NCBI RefSeq assembly: GCF_037042905.1
Contig: NC_087257.1
Location: 7,688,001 to 7,752,000, forward strand
Direction of reading: 5' to 3'
Origin: Lytechinus pictus
Lineage: Eukaryota
Length of the DNA stretch: 64,000 nt
Below are positions 12,188 through 24,054 of this stretch, one piece after another; position 1 is the stretch's first letter; every line of letters begins with the position of its first letter. Both the position numbers and the translations under genes were made by a program. Under the pieces are notes generated by a model, which was given only the letters and a program-made list of their open reading frames with translations, was not told the origin of the DNA and searched no databases.

Positions 12188-15100
12188 TGTAGACTTGTAA
12201 ACTGCAAAAAAGGGGTGAATGCTGCATTTTTTTGTAAAAATGTGCCTCTTGGCATGTATATTCATTGAACCCATTGGAAAATTTTTATCCAAAGAGACAC
12301 CCTGCATCTATGCAAATTAACCATGATAAGCATAAATTATGTAAATTAGCCTCTAAAATTAGTAATTTACTAAAAACACTTGTAAAAATGTAAAGCTACT
12401 TCATAGACATGTCAAATTTGATGCAAAGCGTTTGTGGAAGTAGCAAAAGAAAACTAATGAAAAAAAAATGCAGTAACCATACATTTCATTACCTAATTTG
12501 CATAAATTATACACATTTTCAATCGAAAGTGCCCCTTTTTCAAATGATTCTGGATAATCTGAATTGAATAAACGTATCAAAAAATGTGATATGTAAATAA
12601 TGAATGGTAGAAATGTGTCTTAGGGTCTGGGAAAGACATTGGACAAACGAATTTGTTTAAAATATGCAAATAATCCCTAATTACCATAATTTATGCATAA
12701 AAATGCAAAATGCTCTGAACATTAGAAAAACCGCTTTAATAGTAAAACATGTCTTACTCGTGACAATCTAATGATGATGAAAGGAAAAGAAACTATACAT
12801 GGAAAAACTATATCTTTGTAATTTTCAATATTTGCGTTAAATTGATTTGTTTGTGATATTCAGTGCATATTTTGCATAAATTATGCAAATTAGTACTATT
12901 AATAGATATTAAGCCTTTGTCTGATTTTAAATGATCTAAACTTAATAAATAATGATATATGTGTTAAATAGGGTTATTATAAAGTATTCGGGCACAAAGA
13001 ATTCACTACATCTATGCAAATGACCACTTATTACCATAAATACATATTAATGAGTTTACCTATACTAATTCCATGAGTAGTGTAAAAAATGAGGCATTTT
13101 AATCAGTACTAACGTTCTATGGATGGAGGAAAAGAAAACATTTATCAACGAGCCGTTTATCCATCCATATTGTCGTCTAAATTGCATAAATTATGTATAA
13201 ATTTTGCATAAATTATCATACATTATGCAAATTATGCAAACATAAAATGGCTAATTTTCGCAGTTTATACCGGATTCCCAATTAAAATTCTGGCACAATT
13301 AAAACTAAAGTTCAATATGACATGAAGAGACAAGTAAATACAGATAGAAATAGTTTGTTGGGTGCAGAACTACACAACTTTTCATATCATGCAATTGGTA
13401 TTACTATATAGTTCCAGACAGTGTTATTTAATCGCTTGTATCAACTAAATTGGTTCTCTTCTAACATATACATGGGATTATATTTGCAAAAATTGGTCCC
13501 AAAGTTAAAGAAAATTTTAGAGTTTTAGAGTCCATAATCTGAAACTTTCATATTTTCTTAAAACGCTGCGATGCCACAATTAGCAAAACAACTTTTATAT
13601 TTATGAAACCTCCTCTGCTCTTGGTAAAATTAGAAAAAGACGGAAAAGGGTATTATTGTAGTTTTAGTATTGAATTAATTTTTGTTCTGGTTTCTGTGAA
13701 TGCGTATTTTTAGCCATGTTAGTCAAATGAATTACAAACGATGTTATTTAAGGAACTCTGCACTTCAAACATTTTCTTATTTATGCTTTAATAGTTCCTA
13801 CTTTGTATTATATGTAACATTATATTCAGTCAATTTATTTCTTGTTATGCATGGAGAAACATAAAAAAATGCTATGCATTTTACATGCAACAACGTTCTG
13901 GTAACGAAAGCCTAACCCCATTGGGAGCCTGTCGAAGGTATTCCACACCCTTTCTCAATAACAAGAGTTATATAATTTTTTATTCGAAATTATCGCTATA
14001 ATTTCCACCGATCTTTTGAAAAAAGACAGAGGATACATTGTTCTAAAGGTTGCATTAAAAGGCGTCCTGGTACATTGAAGCCTATAAACCCTTTACTATT
14101 TTACGTTGCTTGTCAAAGTAGCCCCATCACTTTCCTTATACTATATTATTCTATAAAAGGAGCGCTTTTGCTGAAAATTAAATCAGCTTCTATTTTCATT
14201 AACGTCCTAAGATAAAGGAGGCATAAGGATTAAGTAAAGAAAAATCCTAACAAATTAAATCCTCTCCCCATCGAGACCTAAAAGAAGTTGCACGACTAAT
14301 TATCTTATTAATTACATTTCTGCAAATTCTGCTACACTGTAAAACCACTTCAATACGTAATGTTCTCTTGGATAAGAAATAGAAGACCCTACTCTACTGG
14401 TTAGTAACCAGTAGAGCATGTAACCAGTGGTTACATTAGCATTTGGAACATCAAAGCCTTTCCCAATGGGAGCCCCCATGGCATTTCTAGTACACGAGCA
14501 CGCATCAATTGTTCGTAACATGTATTATTTCATTTAGATGGGTATTAATACATTTTCCACTATATTCTTGTAATGTAATACAAAATATGAAGATGTTCCA
14601 TTGGAAAAGGTGCCTTGACTATATACATTAGCTAGCCATGGTAAATGTTAAAAAGTAAGAGGAATGTTTTTGGCCCCAAAGGGGGTTTAACAAGTGCAGT
14701 ATGGAAAGGAGTGGGGAACCATGAAGGTACGCTCTGTACCATGAATTTTCTACATGCAACTTGTGAAATGATGCTTCCTATATTTACCTAAAATAATATA
14801 AAGAATTGTGGGGAGGGGGTACTTCGACAGGCATACAATGTTGGATATGCTTCAATGTGCCGGATTTTCTCTACCTGTAACTTGCAGACAGGCAGAGTGT
14901 ACCCTTTATGTTAAAAAAAAAATCAATGAAAAAAAAATGGAAGTGGCTTTTCCATGTAGAAAAAATGACGTTTTGCCCCAATTGACAGTTCCAAAAAGAC
15001 GCTAGTTTAAACATAGAGTCAATGCGGAATGAGATGTGATACTTTCAACAGGCAGCCCCTTTGTGGAATAGGATCTAATGAACTTAATAACATGAAATCG

Positions 15101-16699
15101 ACAGAGCAACGTCTCCTCTATCTTATTAAACAGAGGTTCCATAAAACTAAACCTTGCTTTACTAGGTGTTAAAGACGCCTTTTTTTGCCACCGTGGGGGC
15201 TACAAACACATGAAATATTTCAATATAGTCAAAATATGGAAAGGGATGGGGAAAAAGCCCCCTTAGAAGTAGGGTTTAATTTGCCTGAATTTCTTATTTA
15301 TATAGCCTGTGCACTAGAACAATGCCTCCTCCTGGGCACTGTGAACGATTTTTACAGGGGGTGCTGATGAAAATTTGAAAAGCAAAAAAGGTTAAATAAA
15401 AAATGAAGGTCATTTTGGTCCCAATAAATTTAACAAGCAAAAAAAAAAAAATAAATAAATAAATAAATAAAAAAAAAAAAATAAATAAAACAGAAACAAA
15501 AAGGATTGCACTACAAAATGAAGGTTATTTTGGTAACTTCTTGTTTTCGTTTTGTCACATCTGCCGGAATTCCAAGGGGTCTGTCTATGAAGAATAATAC
15601 ACGTAGCACCCCCCCCCCTCCCGAAAATCTTGCGGGTGCTTCAGCCCACGTTTCCCAGTGCCAGGGCCTCCTCTATATAATGTAGATGCTGCTGTTAATA
15701 AGTGCCCTTTTCCAGATGAGGGTTTCATTTAGACGATATTTTCAATATATATTGTCAAAACAAAATAAAGGGTGGGGCAACTTCGACAGGCCCCGTCATG
15801 TATATACAGGGACTTATTTCCATGCGATATAAAACAATGCCTTCTCTTTCTTTTTTCCAAGTTAAAATATGGATTGAGGTGGGGTACATTCGTCATGACT
15901 CATGTGTTTATATTTTTGATGTGCCAGAGCTTCATTAAAGTAACCTACAAAGCAGTGTCACCTCTAAATTTTTCAAGAGAAACAAACTAGAAACAAATAA
16001 AACAAATGGTGTTTTACCGATACCAAAATGCATTTGCCCGTATATACCATATATCACGTTGTGGCAGACACACCAACAAAAGCAATACGAGAAGCCGATG
16101 GAAGCTGTTGTGTTGGGATTGTGTTATCTCGAATGACATACCATTGATCGCTTTATAGCGGATTCGTGAGTGTGACTGTGACATAGAGGTTTGTTTTGGC
16201 CTCGTTTTAGCGCAATATCACGTAATACATTTTGGCTTATTTTCCCTCTTTCTAAGCAAATTAAGACACTAGTACTGTCATGAAGCATATCTATGTTTTT
16301 GCTAATATATTCTCTTTCCTGTAGAATGTTGCTGTTATTTATAAAACATTTCAGGTTTCATGAAACAAATACTCTGTTTTAAATTATAATTTGCACAATT
16401 CATGTAAATTAGGTAATAGTAAACAAGGATATCCCAATCATTTTATGACAATTTTCTTCCCTTTCTTACCCTAAGTCTTTGTTTCCAATTTTGGAGCAGT
16501 TCTGGTTAAATATATACTCTTAAATACTTGTTTTCACTAAACGACATAATATGCAAATTTATTCAAATTACTTGCTTATTTGCATAGAGACAGCGTGTCT
16601 CTTTGGATGAATCTTTTTCTTTTGACTCAAGGAACATTTGTGCCAAGTGGGACACTTGTACTAAAAAATGCAGCGTTCAACCTCTTAACAAGTCTACTA
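12188..16699. mobile_element. Academ-like non-autonomous DNA transposon (~4.5 kb) nested in the Tc1 element
   Basis: Termini t(a)gtagacttgt...acaagtctacta, imperfect TIRs >=130 bp (12188-12320 vs 16570-16699), 3-bp TSD acc that restores the host arm; no long ORF. Confidence 0.8.
15332..15665. mobile_element. hAT-like MITE nested in the Academ-like element
   Basis: 8-bp TSD gcctcctc; TIR ctgggcactgtgaacg / cgtttcccagtgccagg. Confidence 0.8.
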
Positions 16700-17053
16700 A
16701 CCATTTTAAAGCTTAAGTCTCTTCTTTCATCTGAAATTACCTAGATTATTTCTCATTCACGCATGAGTGAGCAAACCCAATTTGAAGAGGGAATACCAAC
16801 AAGTCACTTGGCGGGCTGTATCTGGGTTTCAAAACGAAAACCACGTTTTTAAAAAAGGTCAATATCTGCTCTTTAATTTGATACCTCAATTACAAAAATT
16901 GGTCAAGAAATAACAAAGTTCTGGATATTTGAAATAAGGCTTGAATTTCAATAATTTCTTAAAATGAAGAGGTTTTACAGGCTATGGTCCAAACTCACTA
17001 CTCGACACTCCGTTTTGTTGACGATCAGCTATGCATTAAGTCTTTTGTTAACC

Positions 17054-17467
17054 TCTCTCTCTATAGGTGATCCATCCACTGTTTTGGAGATTCTCAGAAA
17101 CGAATATATAAATTCCAGTCTGATAAGTTAGGGATTCAACATCAGGTTGGAGCGGTGGTCATGAATTTTATGTAGAAAAAAGAAAGATTTGAGGAGCAAA
17201 CTATTATTCACTTCGGAAGGGAGACCAGGTTGATTGGTTAATAGGGTAGCACAGGAAAATTGGTGTGGATCAACAACTGTATACAAGTCCATGTAATCTG
17301 GGTGGTCGATGAGACACTCCTCGACTCTGCGTATAAAGTTTTGGCGGAGGTAACCAAGAGAGGAGCATGATCCGACAAAGTGTTCTACTGTCTCATCATA
17401 AGAGTCACAAAGGGGGCAAATACGGGTGGAGGACTTTCCTAATGTGTAGAGGCGACATTGAGTTAGC
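17054..17467 (-). mobile_element. 5'-truncated non-LTR retrotransposon 3' end (ORF2 C-terminal CCHC zinc knuckle)
   Basis: Open frame RLYTLGKSSTRICPLCDSYDETVEHFVGSCSSL...LMLNP* (stop 17128-17130), (GA)n tail, TSD taacc (17049-17053 / 17468-17472). Confidence 0.88.
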
Positions 17468-17978
17468 TAACCGTGCGATAGCTTCTGTTGGAAACCGGTG
17501 AAAACACGTTTATTCAATGAAATAATGAAAATGCAAGCATTGTTTCGTGGGAACAGAACGTTTTTACTTCTTGACCATTTTCTGTGATTAAGGTATCAAA
17601 TGAAAGAGCAGATATTGAACTTTTTAGTCATGTAATTTTCTTTTTGAAATTCAGATACCCCCCGCCAAATGAGTTTTTGGTATCCTTTCTTCAAATTGTT
17701 TTTGCTCACTCATGCGTGAATGAGGATTAATGAAAGTAATTAAAGATGAAAGAGAAAATTCTAAGCTTTACATTGGTAGGTCATTTGTCTTTTGTATTTA
17801 TGATTAAGTTATGATAAATCATCGCTAAATATCGGTTTCGTTTTTTGTGGGACGCACTGTATAGTAGTATTGACGTTCTCGCGTTCCCACATTGTATGTC
17901 CCTAATAAGGATTGTTTGCTCTCCGATGTACGGGGCATGCAACAACATAGTAAAGGTATTGTCAATTGCCGGTCACAA

Positions 17979-18275
17979 GCGCCGTGGTGTAGCGGTTCTG
18001 ACTCTCACCTTGTAATCAGAGGGTCGTGAGTTCGATTTCCACCATGGCCTAGCGTCCTTTGGCAAGGCGTCAATCCAGGATGCGAAAGCCTACGTGGTAT
18101 GTCTAGCAATTGAGTCTTGGAACTCTTGTTGGAATGCTCCCCAGGGAGTGGAGAAGGTGCATACGTTGTATGCGGGCATGCAAGGATCCGTTGACTGGGG
18201 GTAATGATATATATCCGTAAAGCGCTTAGAGACGTCGTTACGATGTGTAAAAAATGCGGAATATTATTTTTAATA
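17979..18275 (+). mobile_element. tRNA-derived SINE, same family as 53070-53395
   Basis: A box tggtgtagcgg, B box agttcgattt; body ttggaactcttgttggaatgctccccagggag; tail aaagcgcttaga. Confidence 0.88.
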
Positions 18276-18304
18276 TTACAATAATGGCAAAATAATTAGA
18301 ATTA

Positions 18305-18720
18305 AGAAGTTTTTGTCTAAATTGGTGAACCGGAACAGCAGTTTTGTCCTGGTTTCAGGGCTAATGAAAAGATTGATCGCGTGACCAGAATCAAGGACCA
18401 AATTTCTGCTTTGATTCACCACTTTTCGACAAAGTCTTCTCTGTAGGCTTTGTCATTGCGGGCATTTGACAAACTCTGTTCTCGAATCCTCCTTACATCG
18501 CTGAGCTAAAACCACCTTTTTATCTGACACAGACGGTGTTGCTGTCTCGCCTTTTTAAATACAGACATCAATCCACCTCCATCATGCCCACGGACGCCAT
18601 TAAGACTGCTTCGATGGCCAGCAGTGAGTGCAACAGATCCTCAATGAGCCTTCACACTGAACGACGGAAAGAATACGATATCAATTCATGAGCTCGTTTT
18701 CTGGCAGATGCGGATCCTCT
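18305..18720 (+). pseudogene. pogo-like transposase fossil with hairpin copy A
   Basis: Hairpin 18312-18433; QTVLLS (~QITVLAC); frameshifted GYINSELF.W at ~18677-18705. Confidence 0.6.
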
Positions 18721-18814
18721 TATACGAGAGAATTCGTCACATTCGACAATCGATCGATTTTGTTATAGAGGTATTAGAGTTTGAATAGGATAACGAGTGA
18801 ATTAAAAGAGGTTT

Positions 18815-18819
18815 AAGAA

Positions 18820-18850
<31 letters not shown>

Positions 18851-19060
18851 AGGTGCAGCGAGGGAGGGTGAAGATGAGGGAGGCACAAAATAATGAAGAG
18901 CTAGAGATCATGGATATAGCGAGGTAAAGAGAGAAAACGGAGAGAGATACAAAGGAAAAGAGATATAGAGATACAGGAATGGGAGAGGGGAAAAGAGAAA
19001 TTGAAAATAGAGAAATACTGAGAGGGAGAGAAAGGGGGAACTAAAGAGAAAAAAAATTAT
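18815..19060. repeat. (GA)n purine-rich tract
   Basis: Visible; similar tracts at 19330-19480, 22320-22590 and 29095-29220 (pyrimidine strand). Confidence 0.85.
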
Positions 19061-19109
19061 TGAGTAATTCCTGAAATGTGGATCCCTGGAGAAATGATCG
19101 AAATCAGAC

Positions 19110-19290
19110 AGGATTTGTCAAAGGACTCAAATTCAGAAAAAAAAGCGCCTGGGCTGTCAAGATTCTGCCTGCCCTAGGTTTCATTTTAGTCACGATTTTT
19201 CGTTCATCCTGTCTTACAATTTTTCATTCTGTTTCTCTGTTTCACGCGATGAATATGAGCCTCAAATCGAGTGGCTCCAGGGGCGATTCC
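19110..19290 (+). pseudogene. pogo-like transposase fossil
   Basis: SAWAVKILPALGFIL (~SAxGxxLPPxxIF). Confidence 0.45.
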
Positions 19291-20289
19291 TGATCTTTTA
19301 CTTTCGTCTATTAGTTGAACTAGATCTCTCGGGAGAGAGGGGAGGGGTGGGTGGGTGAGAACAAATAAGAAATGAGACTAGAGAGAGAGAGACGTAACTA
19401 GGCAGCATGAGATGCATGGGAAAGGGGAGAGTATATGAGAGGGGGTGGAGAGAACGAGGAATAACAGATAATAGAGAGGCACGATATCAATTTTAGAATT
19501 TATCTGCAATTTTGTAATTACAACTTTAAATTAATTTTTCAACCACTGTCAAGCAGTCAAAAAGTTACATTGATTAAAATAGTAAAACATCAGGAAATAC
19601 ATCGTATGGTACATGCTATTTAGATGCCAATGGAAGCCAAGCGACATATTGTACTAACGCTTTGCAAAATTTACTTCAAAAACCCTTTGCCGTTTTTGTT
19701 TTCATTTCAAATCATTCACAACTAAAATAGACGTTCTTTGTTATTTGTGCACAGAGTGAGATATGACAGACGTTTCATTCCTAACATTATAAATAGAGTT
19801 TTGACAGAAGTTAAATGAGGGGATGATATTGATTTTAAAGAACATAAAGTAAAATGACGTAACTTTGTAGAGGTAGGGATCAAAACAAAAATGGCCATCC
19901 ATCTTTCTGATGTTGAATCCAGAAAATCGTACGACCGCGAATGCAATGTCTTAGTGTTCTTTTTAATTTTAATTCTCTTAAAACTCTGTCTCTTCAAAAT
20001 CCCCTTTGCTTGCCAAAGAGAAAGTGGTTCGAGAGTTGAGACCGACCACTTCAGAGGGCCAACCGACCAGTTATTTTGTGGCATAGGTTGTACCAGTATA
20101 GTGTTTTGCCCTACCCAAACCCATGGGAATAACTAATGTGTGCGTATTCGGGTGTTAAACTGCTAAAGGTGTCAACAACAGTAACATTCTTAGCAGTGTG
20201 ATAAAATGCGTCGGGAAGATTTGCTCTCTGAAATGATAATGAAATAAATAAATAAAAACAACAGCAACAGAAAGAGATATCTTTATGAT

Positions 20290-20900
20290 AAGTGGTTGAT
20301 CAAATCGATGTGGAAATTGTTTCCTGGACCAATTCAAATCGAAGGTGTAAGGCTATCTTTGTCCTAAATGTATCCTTTAATACATCGCTTAGGCTGATCG
20401 AGGCATTGGCACGATCAGACTTCTGATAAATTGTTAAACAGTCGCCGCACGGCTCTGAGACCTTTAAAAATTGAACCCGCAATCTAAGAGGGCATCCCGA
20501 CTATAGGGTATCATGACATCACTCTTTTCACTCCGTCCCCCAGAGGATTCGGCTGAAAACACAATGACCAGCTAAATCAAAGGGTAAAGCAAACATTTTC
20601 GATCATATTTAAGACGTCAACGGCACTATGAGATCACAGACACGGTATGCCCTCAATCTATGGGCAAATCCAGGACGGCCGAATCAAGCCGGGCGAGGTG
20701 TATCTCACATGTACGAGATTATTGGACAAAAATTGAATTCCCCAATCATCTCGCACAGCATCTAGACCTATTTCCTTTTACCCGATAATATTTCTTACTG
20801 CATGGTTTTCATGACAACTATTTATGGAAAGCACTTTAGTAGCATTGGCATGATTGAAGTATCGGCCATTCGCAGTGGGATAACGAATCCAAATGGCTTC
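20290..20900 (+). pseudogene. Two adjacent pogo-like transposase fossils
   Basis: SPHGSE at 20442 (~PPHxSH); AESSRARCISHVRDYWTKIEFPNHLAQHLDLFP from 20678 (~SxxRAxCxxxVxxYFxKLxxxL...P). Confidence 0.6.
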
Positions 20901-21299
20901 AGAGAATAGGCTATGGTCGATAATTATTTCGAAGCTGAATAGAAGTGTTTTCAAATAGGCATTCTTCGGTCATCGGGGTGCAACTACTGCGAGGGTGTAA
21001 CGAAGTGGGTGTATAATGGGGGTGCGGGAGGGTAAGTGTTCTTGTGGGAATACATTTATCTCGGGGAAAGATGATAAATACATAATAAGAAGGTATAGAA
21101 TGGATGCGATGCTTAATCACTTGTAAGACGAGACACCTGCGTTCCAAAGAGCTGGCATTTAGGACTCACCAACCGTGATTGTTCGCATGCCAATACCCAG
21201 TGGTCCTTCCACCCTTTTTTCATTATTGTTATTACACAATAGAAACGAAATGTACAGAAGAAGAAAATTCGGAAGAAATGGATTGTATTCAGGCCATGT

Positions 21300-22260
21300 C
21301 AATAATACTTAATATGTAGTTTTCGCACCGGGACGCAGACCGAATTGAATAATAGAGTAAAATGCATTGAAACGTTCGTCAAATGGTAATGACCAGCTTG
21401 TTCGTCTTTGTCGAGATATGGTGAACGGGGAACAGCAGTTCCATTGTAAGTTTCGGAACTTACGAAAAAAAAATCAAATTTGTCGTTTGTCCAGAGTCCA
21501 GGAGGAACTGCTGTTTGTAAGGAACCAATTTTCGACAAAGACTTCTTGGTTGCTCTTTGTCATGAAGGGTATTTGGCAAATCCATTTTCTATGTTCTTGA
21601 AAGCGTTCTGCGTTGCGATGCAAGAACTCCTCACTATTGCAATGATAAGGGCTTCCGTAGTTTTTGCTGAGCTTCAGTCATACATCCGCTCCGAATATTT
21701 CGATCCAATCTAAAGAAGATATGGACGTTGTGGTATGTCCTTTTCCCCCATTCATCGATTCAAGATGATCAAGACATCTTTGGATATTTCATACACTGTA
21801 AAAGCAGAGATTAAAAATTTACCCAGTATTATGTAGAAAGGTATGTTTGCAGGGTAATTTTTTCCTCAATATTGTGAAAAATGCATGTTTGAAGGGTAAA
21901 TTTCAACGAAATATTGCGTAAAAGTAACAAAATATTTGATATCTTTTTACCCAACAAACATGCATGTTTACATTTACCCAATATTGGGTAAACCTTTTTA
22001 GAGTGTAACAAACAAGAAACATCCCAATTCGATGAAACAAATCTGCTGCTCAAATCTGTGTTCCTTTCCTTGCGTATGGATATGTGGGGGATATAAGACG
22101 ACTTTATCTTCGCCTAATCGCCCGAGCAGGATGACCGATGTCATCGATTAGACACGGTAAGATTAGCCGTAGCTTGGGGAGATGGGCACTCGCCAATGGG
22201 TTTTCGTTTCTTCCCTAATGCCCCACCTCTCGAGTCAAGGTGGTAGGGTTACCGGGGAGA
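21300..22260 (+). pseudogene. pogo-like transposase fossil with hairpin copy B, split by a MITE
   Basis: Hairpin 21404-21542; FDK..HEGYLANPFSMF; FPPFI (~21741); GDGHS at ~22178. Confidence 0.62.
21794..22005. mobile_element. CAC-terminated MITE with TA flanks (CMC/CACTA-like)
   Basis: ta|cactgtaaaa...tttttagagtg|ta; internal tttaccc/gggtaaa motifs; relatives at 27151-27252 and 63704+. Confidence 0.75.
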
Positions 22261-23502
22261 AACGGGCATCGAGCGATCAGGAAAAGTGTCATGACGCAAT
22301 CCTTTGAAGAGGATGCTAGAGGGGGGAAAGGATGCATAGACTGAAGAGAAAAGGGAAAGAAATGGGAGTGAGATTAGCAAGCGGGTGCGTGTATGTGTAT
22401 GAGAGAGAAAGAGGGAGAGAGAGGGTGAGAGAGGGGACAGATAGAAGAGAGAGGGGGAGAGAAAGGGGATAAGGAGAGAGGGGGAGAGAGGAAGAGAGAG
22501 AAAGCGAAAGGGATAGACAGAGTGAGTGTTAGAGATCGAGAGAGGTGTGCGGGATGGATCTAAAATCTAAAGAGAGCAGAAGAGACCTAGTGGGTGTGTG
22601 TCTAGAGTGTAATTATGTCTTTATACACAAGTGGATAAGTCCCAGTGTGAACATGGACCTACTAGTAGGTTTATGGTGAGGGTAACGTTGATTGAGTAGA
22701 GTGTGTGTGTGTGTTTAGAGGGTGAGCGTTTAAAGGCATGTGCGCGTGGGTGGATGTTTATGTATTGTTGAGAAGCACAAGGCCATGTACACCCACACAC
22801 ACGCAAAAATAAAAACAAAAAACAAAACAGATGGCTGGGGAGGGGAGAGAAGGGGGGGGGGTGTCAAACAGGCTACGTTGCACAGATAAACACAATGTTT
22901 CTTTTAAAAACATACCCAAAAATATATTTACAAATTTTGAATGATATCCCATGGCCGACGCTTGGAATATTACCTGTAAATAAGTAGGTATACTGAATAT
23001 TTCAGCACGACACCCCCACACACACACTAAATCTAAAAAGATAGGTATAATCAATAATCTATACATGCTTTACTATTTAATTAATTTTTACTAGCTATTT
23101 AGCATTGAAACATTGGGTAAATTTTAATGAAGATGATCCCTGCGTTAACACCTTCACAATACATAATTTCTCAATGTACTCGTGGCGAATTGCTATATCC
23201 CTTTCCTTGCAAAGATTTATATCCCTTCGCCCACAGAAAGGAAGCGACGAATCTAGGACATCAAGAGTGCCGAATGGCGTCTCTTATTGACTCAGTTAAA
23301 ACAAACTTGAACCATTAATCTCTACCTCTGAGAGAACACGCATATCTGAAGGGGTTCGGTGTTAATATCAGTACGTTCACTCCTCTCAAAACACGAGGTA
23401 TTCCGAAAGAAAAATGTGTTCACACAAAGTATACATCAAGGTATACATCCTCTGTTCTTAATCTGTTCTATGTGTGCGGCCGAATCTGCACAAGATGATA
23501 TG

Positions 23503-23685
23503 CAGTGGCGAATCCTGGTGGGGGCGTATGGGACAGACACCTCCCTATATTGTTGCCAGTTGAATAATATATTTAGATATTATATCATATTTACAAATAT
23601 AACAAAACTGTCTCCTGTGCCATTCTGCTTAAAAATTGCTATCTGCCCCCTACCCCTCTGTGTGAGATTTAAGGATCCGCCACTG
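23503..23685. mobile_element. CAG-terminated MITE with 5-bp TSD
   Basis: TIR cagtggcgaatcct / aggatccgccactg; TSD atatg. Confidence 0.8.
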
Positions 23686-23876
23686 ATATGGGCTCGTAAA
23701 TTATGTGAAGAAGTTGTTTTGATAGAAACAGACCCTCTTATCAAGAGGGGTTAAAGACAAGGAAACCACTTCAAGTTCATGTTATGAGTGCTGTCAGTAC
23801 AGCTTATTCAATTAACTCCCACATACAGTCAAAGCAGACTATAAAATGAAATTAGATAAGCATCTAGTTAAACAAT

Positions 23877-24054
23877 CAGGGGGCCGTTTCATAAAACTGT
23901 TTGTAACTTAAGAGAGACCTTACGAACGACTGGTGATCCTTTCTTACGCGCTAAATAATCACCAATAAACATTTAAGTGTATACCATTTACCACAAGAAA
24001 GGATCACCAGTTGCTCTTAACTTACGAACAGCTTTTTAATGAAACACACACCAG
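23877..24054. mobile_element. Harbinger/PIF-like palindromic MITE
   Basis: cag|ggggccgtttcataaa...ttaatgaaacacacac|cag; internal IR actggtgatcctttctt / aagaaaggatcaccagt. Confidence 0.75.

Larger units (their letters stand above)
12103..17859. mobile_element. Tc1/mariner-type non-autonomous element (~0.8 kb when empty) carrying nested insertions
   Basis: ta|cagtgcgtcccacaaaaaacgaaaccga...tcggtttcgttttttgtgggacgcactg|ta; long TIR arms 12103-12187 plus 16700-16920 match the reverse complement of ~17570-17859. Confidence 0.93.

Noticed and set aside
18312-18433. Integron attC-like or recombinase-site interpretation of the hairpin family
   Set aside because: No RYYYAAC/GTTRRRY boxes, no cassette ORFs and no recombinase in the window; eukaryotic context.
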